The translations under genes and the position numbers were made by a program. Shown here piece after piece: positions 56,534-64,000 of a DNA stretch of 64,000 nucleotides. The stretch's first letter is position 1; each line of letters starts with the position of its first letter. The DNA is taken from positions 3,231,086-3,295,085 of the forward strand of contig JAXGPZ010000001.1 of NCBI GenBank assembly GCA_040766725.1. The letters run 5' to 3'. The notes under the pieces are model-generated. The model did not search any database. It was given only the letters and a program-made list of their open reading frames with translations, and was not told the DNA's origin. This DNA is from Anaerolineae bacterium (GTDB lineage Bacteria > Chloroflexota > Anaerolineae > UBA1429).

Positions 56534-57279
56534 GCAGCCCTCTGGACGACCGCGTAGCCATCGTCACTGGCAGCTCGCGAGGCATCGGGCGGGCCATCGC
56601 GCTCGAACTCGCCCGTCGCGGCGCCAGCCTGGTGATCAACTATCACCGCGACGCCGTTGCCGCCGACGGCGTGGTGCGTGAGATCGAGGCGCTGGGCGCG
56701 CGGGCACTGGCCGTGCAGGCTGACGTGAGCACCCCCGCCGGCGCCGAGGCGTTGGCCCGTGCCGCCTTGGAGACCTATGGCCGCATCGACATCCTGGTGA
56801 GCAACGCCGGCATCGTGCGCGACACCTTGCTGCTGCGCATGTCGCCCGACGACTGGGATGCGGTGATCCAGACCAATCTCACCGGCGCCTTTCACTGCGC
56901 CAAGGCGGTGCAGCGCACCATGCTCAAGCAGCGCTCAGGGCGCATCATCCATATCAGCTCGGTGTCGGGCCTGGTGGGCAACGCCGGGCAGGCCAACTAC
57001 TCAGCAGCCAAGGCTGGCCTCATCGGGCTGACCAAGGCGCTGGCGCGCGAGCTGGGCAGCCGCAACATCACCGTCAATGCAGTGGCGCCGGGCTATATCG
57101 CCACCGATATGACGGCCAACCTGGCGCCGCAACTGGTCGAGGCAGCGCGCCAGCAGATTCCGTTGGGGCGCCTGGGCCAGCCCGAAGATGTGGCCTGCGC
57201 TGTCGCCTTCTTGGCCTCTGATGACGCCGCCTATATCACCGGCCACGTGCTGGTGGTCGATGGCGGCATGGCCATGTGA
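56530..57279 (+). CDS. fabG: 3-oxoacyl-ACP reductase
   Basis: TGSSRGIG, NAGIVRD, NYSAAKAG, NAVAPGYI, VDGGM. Confidence 0.95.
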   Translation: MSSPLDDRVAIVTGSSRGIGRAIALELARRGASLVINYHRDAVAADGVVREIEALGARALAVQADVSTPAGAEALARAALETYGRIDILVSNAGIVRDTLLLRMSPDDWDAVIQTNLTGAFHCAKAVQRTMLKQRSGRIIHISSVSGLVGNAGQANYSAAKAGLIGLTKALARELGSRNITVNAVAPGYIATDMTANLAPQLVEAARQQIPLGRLGQPEDVACAVAFLASDDAAYITGHVLVVDGGMAM

Positions 57280-57379
57280 CCGTCACGCGCCGCTGCATGC
57301 GAGCAGTCAGAGCTGGTGTTGGTAAACTGCGGCTCGGCGCTATAATGCCTCTGCGTATCCATCTCGTCGGGAGGTAGCG

Positions 57380-58276
57380 ATGGCCCCCAACCCCGTCCTG
57401 TTCCGGCTCGGCCCGCTCACCGTCTACTGGTATGGCGTGTTGATCGTCTCTGGCGCCATGCTGGCCGCGCAGATCGCCAGCTGGCTTTCGCGCCGCAACG
57501 GCCACAACCCCGAGATCGCCTGGAACATGCTGCTGGCGCTGCTGGTGGCGGGCATTCTGGGGGGGCGCATCTATCATATCCTCTCGAGCTGGGACTATTA
57601 CCGGCTGCACCCCGGCGAGATGTTCGGCATCCAGATGAGCGGCTTTGGCATCTATGGCTCGGTCATCGGGGGCCTGGTGGCGCTATGGATCTTTTGCCGC
57701 GTCCACAAGCTGCGCTTTTTGGAGTGGACCGACTATGTGGCGCCAGGCCTGTTGCTGGCGCAGGCCATCGGTCGCCTGGGCAACTATTTCAACTCGGAGC
57801 TGTACGGCGCCTGCACCGACCTGCCCTGGGGCGTATACATCCCCCCTGCCAACCGGCTCGAGTGGCTGGCCGACTGCGAGCGCTTTCACCCCACCTTTTT
57901 CTACGAGGCGGCGCTCAACCTGATCGGCGCCATGGTCCTGTTCTATCTCGCCGCCCGCTGGCGCAAAGGGCGACTGTGGGGCGACATCTTTTTCCTGTAC
58001 GGCCTCATCTATCCGGTGATCCGCTTTTTCATCGAGCAAGAAGTCTTTAGGCCCGATGCCTACCGGATGGCGAACTGGATGGTGGCCGGACTGCCCATGG
58101 CGCGGCTGATCTCGATCGTGGCCTTTGCCTTTTTCGCCGCGCTGCTGGCGGTGCGGCATCGCCTGCGCCGGCCCGGCATGATCTATGCGCCCGGCGAGCC
58201 CTGGCAGCCGCCGCAGCCGGCCCTGGCTGAGGACGAGGCCCCCGAGGCCCACGGTTCATCGCACGACGACGCCTAG
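57380..58276 (+). CDS. lgt: Prolipoprotein diacylglyceryl transferase
   Basis: WYGVLI, GGRIYH, QAIGRLGNYFN.E.YG, HPTF.YE, RFFIE. Confidence 0.92.
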   Translation: MAPNPVLFRLGPLTVYWYGVLIVSGAMLAAQIASWLSRRNGHNPEIAWNMLLALLVAGILGGRIYHILSSWDYYRLHPGEMFGIQMSGFGIYGSVIGGLVALWIFCRVHKLRFLEWTDYVAPGLLLAQAIGRLGNYFNSELYGACTDLPWGVYIPPANRLEWLADCERFHPTFFYEAALNLIGAMVLFYLAARWRKGRLWGDIFFLYGLIYPVIRFFIEQEVFRPDAYRMANWMVAGLPMARLISIVAFAFFAALLAVRHRLRRPGMIYAPGEPWQPPQPALAEDEAPEAHGSSHDDA

Positions 58277-58306
58277 CCGGCGCGCCCAGTCTCGTACGAC
58301 TGCAGC

Positions 58307-58339
58307 AGGGCGACGCCTCACGGCGTCGTCCTTGTTTCT
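58307..58339 (+). terminator. Terminator after lgt
   Basis: AGGGCGACGCC-tcac-GGCGTCGTCCT followed by TGTTTCT. Confidence 0.6.
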
Positions 58340-58405
58340 ATCTGCCATACCGGCTCTGACGTGCATAGACCCGGTCGGCGATGCCGTCGGGGCAGCGCTC
58401 TCCCG

Positions 58406-58819
58406 TCAGCCCCCGCTGCGGCCATACTCCTGGTCGGTCACCGGCTCGAGCCACTGTGCCTCGCCCCTATCGATGTGGGTGCTGATGGCGAGGTGGCTGA
58501 ACCAGCAATCAGGCGTGGCGCCGTGCCAGTGCTCCACGCCGGGCGAGATTTCGACCACATCGCCCGCCTGCAACATCCGCGCCGGCTGGCCCCGCTCCTG
58601 ATAGCAGCCAGAGCCCCCTGTGACCAGCAGAATCTGGCCGCCGGGATGCCTGTGCCAGCTGTTGCGCGCACCTGGCGCAAAGGTCACATGGCCGATCATG
58701 CAGCCAAACACGCCGTCGGTCACGAGACGCGCGAGCCAGACCTTGCCGGCAAAGTTGTTGCTGGCGATCTCAGAGCCTCGGGGAAAGACCACGCTTGCCA
58801 GCTCGTCGCTCTTGGTCAT
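58406..58819 (-). CDS. Cupin domain protein
   Basis: VTFAPGARNSWHRHPGGQIL, GVEHWHGA, SHLAI. Confidence 0.88.
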   Translation of the reverse strand: MTKSDELASVVFPRGSEIASNNFAGKVWLARLVTDGVFGCMIGHVTFAPGARNSWHRHPGGQILLVTGGSGCYQERGQPARMLQAGDVVEISPGVEHWHGATPDCWFSHLAISTHIDRGEAQWLEPVTDQEYGRSGG

Positions 58820-58857
58820 CGCGCACGCTCCTTGCGTTGGCTCTGGCAGGTCGTCCG

Positions 58858-60015
58858 TCAGGCGCCCGGGGCTCGATAGACGACGTCGCCACCCACTATT
58901 GTCAGGTAGACGTTGACATCACGGTCGATGACGATCAGGTCGGCGTCATATCCCGCGGCAATGGTCCCCTTGCGCCCTGCCAGGCCCAGCGACGCCGCTG
59001 GCACGCGCGTGGCCATGGGCAGCGCCCCTTCGAGCCCCAGGCCGCAGGCCGCCATGATGTTGCGCACGGCGCGATCCATGGTGAGGGTGCTGCCCGCCAG
59101 AGCGCCGTTCTCGAGCCGGCACTCGCCATCGCGCACGATGACGTGTTGGCCGCCCAGATCATAGTCGCCATCGGGCATGCCGGCGCCGCTCATGGCATCG
59201 GTGACCAGCAAGATGCCCTCGACGCCCTTGGCGCGCACCGCGAGCTTGAGCACGCCAGGGTGCAGGTGGATGTTGTCGGCGATGAGCTGGCAGCGGATGG
59301 CATCCAGCGACAGGGCGGCGCCCACGGCCCCCGGCTGGCGGTGATGCAGCGGCTCCATGCCGTTGAACAGATGCGTCACCTGCGATAGACCGCACAGGGC
59401 GGCCCGCCGCATCTGCTCATAGGTGGCCGTGGTGTGCCCGGCCGCCACAGCCACGCCACGGCTCGCTGCCACGCGGATGAGCTCCAGGTTCTCGGGATAC
59501 TCGGGCGCCACCGTGATGAGCTTGGCCATGCCGGTGCCGAGGATTTGCTCGTACTCGTCGCGCTGTGCCAGGCGAATCTGCCCGTCGATCTGCGCGCCAC
59601 GCTTGTCGCGGTTGAGGTAGGGGCCTTCGACGTGCGCCCCCAACACCTGCGCACCGCCTGTGCCCTGTTCCGCCGCCTGGCGCACGGCCGTCAGCGCGGC
59701 CATGATCTCAGCATGAGGCGCCGTCATGGTGGTGGGCAGAAAGGCGGTGACGCCATGAGAGGCGTAATAGCCGGCCATCTGACGCAACGATGCGGGGTTT
59801 GCATCCATCGCATCGCAGCCCAGCGCGCCGTGGGCGTGGACGTCGATCATGCCGGGAGCCAGCAAGCGCCCCTGCAGGTCGGTTCGTCGGGGGATGGCCG
59901 TGGGCATGCCACCCGTGCCGAGGTCGGCGATGCGGCCGCCCTCTACCAACACCCAGCCGCGCAGGGTGCCGGCTTCCGTCACGATGTCGCCATTGTAAAA
60001 GAGATGCGTCGTCAT
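58858..60015 (-). CDS. nagA: N-acetylglucosamine-6-phosphate deacetylase
   Basis: PGMIDVHAHG, HVEGPY, GHT, THLFNGM, IAD.IH, VTDAM, LAGSTLTM. Confidence 0.92.
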   Translation of the reverse strand: MTTHLFYNGDIVTEAGTLRGWVLVEGGRIADLGTGGMPTAIPRRTDLQGRLLAPGMIDVHAHGALGCDAMDANPASLRQMAGYYASHGVTAFLPTTMTAPHAEIMAALTAVRQAAEQGTGGAQVLGAHVEGPYLNRDKRGAQIDGQIRLAQRDEYEQILGTGMAKLITVAPEYPENLELIRVAASRGVAVAAGHTTATYEQMRRAALCGLSQVTHLFNGMEPLHHRQPGAVGAALSLDAIRCQLIADNIHLHPGVLKLAVRAKGVEGILLVTDAMSGAGMPDGDYDLGGQHVIVRDGECRLENGALAGSTLTMDRAVRNIMAACGLGLEGALPMATRVPAASLGLAGRKGTIAAGYDADLIVIDRDVNVYLTIVGGDVVYRAPGA

Positions 60016-61499
60016 ACGCTGTGCTCCAATAGGTGTTGAAAGCGGCCATAGGCCTCGTCCCAGGGGGTGGCTGGGCCGGGCTCGTAGGTGACGAGAGCGA
60101 ACGAGTTGCGCACCACCTCACGCGCCTCGGCGAGCGAGGACAGCTCGCCACGCGAGATGGCCTGCAGCAGCAAGTTGCCGGTGGCGGTCGCCTCGATGGG
60201 CCCGGCCACCACCAGGCGCTGCGTGGCGTCGGCGGTGAACTGGCAGAGCAGCCCGTTCTGCGAGCCGCCGCCTACCACGTGGATGGTGTCGAGTCGCCGC
60301 CCCTGCATGCGCTCCAGCTTGTCCAGCGTCCAGCGGTACTTGAGCGCCAGGCTCTCGAGGATGCAGCGCACGATCTGGCCTTCAGAGCCGGGCGCCTGCT
60401 GACCGGTGCGCCGGCAAGCCTCACAGAGCAAGGTGGGCATGTCTGCCGGCCGCAGGAAATCATGGTGATCGGGGTCGACCAACGGGCCAAAGGCAGGCGC
60501 TGCCGACGCGAGCTGGGTCAGGTCGTCATAGCTCCACTCGTGGCCCTGAACGGCCCAGGTACGGCGGCATTCCTGCAGTAGCCACAGCCCCATGATGTTC
60601 TTGAGCAGGCGGATGGTGCCAAAGACGCCGCCCTCGTTCGTAAAGTTGAACGCCAGGCTCTCGTCGTCGATGACCGGCTCGAGGGTCTCGACGCCCATCA
60701 ACGACCAGGTGCCCGAGCTGAGATAGGCAAAGCTATCGCTGATGGCGGGCACCGCGGCCACCGCCGACCCGGTGTCGTGGCAGGCCGGCGCAATCACCGG
60801 CGCCGCGCCCAGGCCCAGCTCGGCGGCGACCGACGGATGCAGCGGGCCCAGTTGCCCGCCCGGCTGGATCACCGGCTGCAGAATGTCGGTGGGCAGGTCA
60901 AGCCGTGCGAGCAGCCCACGCGCCCAGTCGCCGGCCCGGGGATCGTAGAACTGGCTGGTGGTGGCGATCGAGAACTCGGAAGTCTTGACACCGGTGAGCC
61001 AGTAGTTGAGCAGGTCGGGGATCATCAGCAGCGACCTGGCCGCATCGAGCAGAGGACTGCCCTGCTGGCGCATGGCCAGCAGTTGATAGAGGGTGTTGAT
61101 CTCCATGAACTGGATGCCCGTGGCCGCAAAGATCTCGGCGCGCGGCACGCGCTCCAGCGCCACGGCCATCATGCCCTCAGTGCGGGCATCGCGATAGTGA
61201 TAGGGGGTGCCCAGCAGCTCGTCATGTGCATCGAGCAGGGCATAGTCGACGCCCCAGGTGTCGAGCCCAATGCCGTCGAGATCGGCGCCAAAAGCAGCGC
61301 GGTAGGCCGACAGGCCCGCCTTCAGCTCGGCCCAGAGCCGCAGCACGTCCCAATGCAGATGGTCAAAGATGCGCACCGGCCCGTTGGCGAAGCGATGCAG
61401 GGTCTCGAGCTGCACCGTACGACCATCGAACCGCCCGACCACAGCGCGGCCGCTCTCTGCCCCCAGATCAAAGGCCAGGTAGTTGCTCGTGTGGGCCAT
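60012..61499 (-). CDS. Rhamnulokinase-family (FGGY) sugar kinase
   Basis: AFDLGAESGR, DTWGVDY, YRDART, HDTGSAV, SSGTWSL, GGGSQN, EATATGN. Confidence 0.88.
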   Translation of the reverse strand: MAHTSNYLAFDLGAESGRAVVGRFDGRTVQLETLHRFANGPVRIFDHLHWDVLRLWAELKAGLSAYRAAFGADLDGIGLDTWGVDYALLDAHDELLGTPYHYRDARTEGMMAVALERVPRAEIFAATGIQFMEINTLYQLLAMRQQGSPLLDAARSLLMIPDLLNYWLTGVKTSEFSIATTSQFYDPRAGDWARGLLARLDLPTDILQPVIQPGGQLGPLHPSVAAELGLGAAPVIAPACHDTGSAVAAVPAISDSFAYLSSGTWSLMGVETLEPVIDDESLAFNFTNEGGVFGTIRLLKNIMGLWLLQECRRTWAVQGHEWSYDDLTQLASAAPAFGPLVDPDHHDFLRPADMPTLLCEACRRTGQQAPGSEGQIVRCILESLALKYRWTLDKLERMQGRRLDTIHVVGGGSQNGLLCQFTADATQRLVVAGPIEATATGNLLLQAISRGELSSLAEAREVVRNSFALVTYEPGPATPWDEAYGRFQHLLEHSV

Positions 61500-61560
61500 G
61501 CCATCCCCCTGCGTGATGTGTGGCGGGAGTATACCGCCCGCACCGGCCAGGGACAAGGCA

Positions 61561-62058
61561 TCAGCGCCGGGGGCGCAGCGCCTCGGCGAGCTCGCGCAGC
61601 GTGGCCAGCAGCGGCACAGCCAGGTAGGCGCCCGCCACACCCGCCAGCGCGGCGCCCGCGATCACTGCCACGAACACCAGCAGCGGCGGCAGTTGCAGGC
61701 GCTCACTCAGCACCCGGGGCTGGATGATGAGGTTGCCGATCTGCTGCACGGCGGCATAGGCGCCCACCACGATCAGCGCAAAGACCCAGCTATGCACGGG
61801 GATGACGCTCGAGCCCTTCCACAAGGCCATCGCCACGGCGGGCACCATGGCCACCAGCGGCCCCAGCCCGGGGATGCTCTCAAAGATGCCGGCCAGTGCG
61901 CCCATGATGGCCGCGCCCTCGAGCCCGATGCCAGCGCTGACCACCCAGGTGAGCAGGCCGATCAGCAGGGCGATCAGCAACTGCCCCTTGATGTAGGCCA
62001 CCCAGAGGCCCAGTATCCGCGCCCACAGAGAGGGTGACTCTTCCACGCGACCGTCCAT
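61561..62058 (-). CDS. Short AI-2E family membrane protein (C-terminal half only)
   Basis: YIKGQL, IP.LGP, QQIGN.IIQP, GA...GVAG..LAVP; 165 aa. Confidence 0.7.
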   Translation of the reverse strand: MDGRVEESPSLWARILGLWVAYIKGQLLIALLIGLLTWVVSAGIGLEGAAIMGALAGIFESIPGLGPLVAMVPAVAMALWKGSSVIPVHSWVFALIVVGAYAAVQQIGNLIIQPRVLSERLQLPPLLVFVAVIAGAALAGVAGAYLAVPLLATLRELAEALRPRR

Positions 62059-62970
62059 TCAGCTCTCCTGAGCCAGCCGCGCCTGCGCCGGCTGCGTCGC
62101 CGCCGCGGGGCGGCTATTGACCAGCACCATGCCTGCCACCACCAGCGCCAACGCCACAAAGGCCGTCCAGTGTAGCCGCTCACGCAACACGGCCCATCCC
62201 CAGAACACGCCCACCGCAGGGATGAGATAAGAGACCAGCGATGTCGCCGTCACGCCGATGTCACGCATCAGCTTGTAATAGATGAGGTAGGCTACGCCGG
62301 TGCCCAGCCCACCCAGCACCAGCAGCGCCACGAGGCTGGCAAGCCCGGGCCATCGAGCGGGCAGCCCCTCGAGCAGGGCCAGGGGGATAAAGAGCGCCAG
62401 CGCCCAGGTCACCTGGCCAGTGCCGATGAGGATCGAGGGCAAGCCTTGCAGCCTAAAGCGGGCAAAGGTGATGCTGATGGCATAGCTGATCGAGGCGCCC
62501 ACGATGGCCAGCTCGCCCCACAGCGCCATGCGGCCGCCGGCGCCACTCAGCTCGGGCAGTACCAGCACCACGATCCCGCCAAAGCCCACCAGAATGCCCA
62601 GCGCCCGACGGCCGGTCAGCCGCTCTGCACCCACCAGCAATACGATCAGGTAGGTAAAGATGGGCATCACCGCGGCGAGGATAGCCGACATGCCCGAGGC
62701 GATGTACTGGGTTCCCCAGGCAATGGCCGTGAACGGCACGACGATGCCGACAGCGCCCACAAAGGCCAGCCGGGCCCACGCCTGTCGGCTTTGCGGCAGA
62801 GGCACACGGCGAGAGAGCACCACCGCCCAGAGCACCACCGCCCCCACCAGGCAGCGGGCGGCGTTAAGAGCCAGCGGGCCCAGGTCAGCGAGGATGAGCT
62901 TGATGAACAGGTACGAGGCGCCCCAGATTGCGGCCAGGGCGGCCATGAGCAGTATGGATGCCAGGGGCAT
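62059..62970 (-). CDS. EamA/DMT family transporter
   Basis: IWGASYLFIK, duplicated EamA repeats, LGTGVAY..YY. Confidence 0.9.
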   Translation of the reverse strand: MPLASILLMAALAAIWGASYLFIKLILADLGPLALNAARCLVGAVVLWAVVLSRRVPLPQSRQAWARLAFVGAVGIVVPFTAIAWGTQYIASGMSAILAAVMPIFTYLIVLLVGAERLTGRRALGILVGFGGIVVLVLPELSGAGGRMALWGELAIVGASISYAISITFARFRLQGLPSILIGTGQVTWALALFIPLALLEGLPARWPGLASLVALLVLGGLGTGVAYLIYYKLMRDIGVTATSLVSYLIPAVGVFWGWAVLRERLHWTAFVALALVVAGMVLVNSRPAAATQPAQARLAQES

Positions 62971-63153
62971 GGTGCACCGTGCCTCAACGCTGTGATAGTG
63001 TAGACGGGATTATAGGCCACGGGGCAGCGTGAACCAAGGGCAGAGGCGCGCATCATACCGGGCGGCCGGCGTAGCCCGTCGGCGGTGAGGCCGCCGTGGC
63101 GCCGAGCGCTGCCTTGGGGCCACAAGCCGATTGCGTCATCAGCACAGAGTTGG

Positions 63154-63182
63154 TTTACGATATCCGATGCATGTGCTATAAT
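63154..63182 (+). promoter_or_regulatory. Promoter of the amino-acid ABC operon
   Basis: TTTACG-N17-TATAAT with extended TG. Confidence 0.6.
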
Positions 63183-63372
63183 ATTCAACAACCTTTAGGA
63201 TTCCTCAGGAGGCTCAGCTAGCCGCGTCGTCAATACAAGCGAGCGACGGTGCTCCTGCCCAGAGTTGGGGTGAAGGGGGTTGGCAGCCCCTCTTGTGCGC
63301 CGAGTCGAGGCGTGCCTGCCCGGCCGGCGAACGGCGTCTCATCCACTTTGGTATTCCAGGAGGAGCACTGTC

Positions 63373-64000
63373 ATGAAGTCCAGATTGGGCGCTGTACTGG
63401 CCGCCACCCTGGCCATCGCCCTGGTTCTCTCTGGGTGCACCGCGCCTGCGCCTGCTGCCCCCGCCGAATCAGGAGCTGCGGCGGCCCCCGCTGCGCCTGC
63501 TGTCGAGGCCAAGACCTATGTCGTTGCCACTGACGCCGCCTTCCCGCCCATGGAATTCGTGGACGAGAACAAGAACCTCGCTGGCTTTGACATCGACCTG
63601 CTGAACGCCATCGCTGCCGAGATGGGCTTTGAGGTCGAGTTCAAGAACACGGCCTGGGACGGCATCTTCGCCGGCCTCGAGAGTGGCGACTATGATGCCA
63701 TCATCTCCGCCGTGACCATCCGCGAAGACCGCCAGGCCAAGTACGACTTTAGCGAGCCGTACGTGAACGCCGGTCAGGCCATCGTGGTCACCATCGACGA
63801 CGATGCCATCGCCGGCAAGGCCGACCTCGAAGGCAAGGTCATCGGCACGCAGATCGGCACCACCGGTGCGTTCACCGCGCAAGAGATCCCCGGCGCCACC
63901 GTCAAAGAATACGACACCATCGACCTGGCCTTTATGGACCTGCTGGCCGGGGCCAATGAGGTCGTGATCGTCGACACCCCCGTGGCTGCCGACTTTGCGT
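63373..64000 (+). CDS. Polar/basic amino-acid ABC substrate-binding lipoprotein (family 3); runs off window
   Basis: Hand translation: SD AGGAGG, MKSRLGAVLAATLAIALVLSGC...ATDAAFPPME...GFDIDL...WDGIFAGL...DAIISAVTI. Confidence 0.9.
   Translation, partial: MKSRLGAVLAATLAIALVLSGCTAPAPAAPAESGAAAAPAAPAVEAKTYVVATDAAFPPMEFVDENKNLAGFDIDLLNAIAAEMGFEVEFKNTAWDGIFAGLESGDYDAIISAVTIREDRQAKYDFSEPYVNAGQAIVVTIDDDAIAGKADLEGKVIGTQIGTTGAFTAQEIPGATVKEYDTIDLAFMDLLAGANEVVIVDTPVAADFA

Noticed and set aside
63169-63188. ArgR ARG box over the ABC promoter
   Set aside because: Only one half-site (ATTCA) matches; insufficient evidence.
63220-63330. ZTP, c-di-AMP or lysine riboswitch
   Set aside because: Only short flanking similarities (GTCGT...GAGCGAC; GGGGTGAA); the conserved cores are missing.

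Overview
GC-rich bacterial chromosomal window. Gene content is consistent with a Chloroflexota/Anaerolineae-like monoderm, but that placement is inference. It is mostly housekeeping: Lon-like protease, RNase J, FtsK, rsmG, recF-dnaN, a perfect parS site, a complete shikimate operon (aroH-aroF-tyrA-aroA-aroE-aroC-aroKB-aroQ), ftsZ, a TPP-riboswitch thiN-thiXYZ operon, copA, rsgA, a fab cluster, lgt, nagA and tRNA-Val(GAC). I found no CRISPR array, prophage or transposase. The best signals are small and are missed or mis-started by the ORF track. (1) A 116-aa thioredoxin-fold (YuzD/DUF1462-like) candidate selenoprotein has an in-frame UGA in C-R-G-G-U, a SECIS-like hairpin, and a CsoR-type operator over its predicted transcription start. 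(2) A 50-aa attenuation leader peptide carries separate Trp (WAW), Phe (FIF) and Tyr (YYY) clusters and is followed by a terminator upstream of the whole shikimate operon. (3) A plant-type glucuronokinase homologue is coupled to a UDP-sugar pyrophosphorylase, suggesting a bacterial uronate salvage route to UDP-GlcA. Family assignments come from motif recognition and recalled family sequences; no database searches were run.
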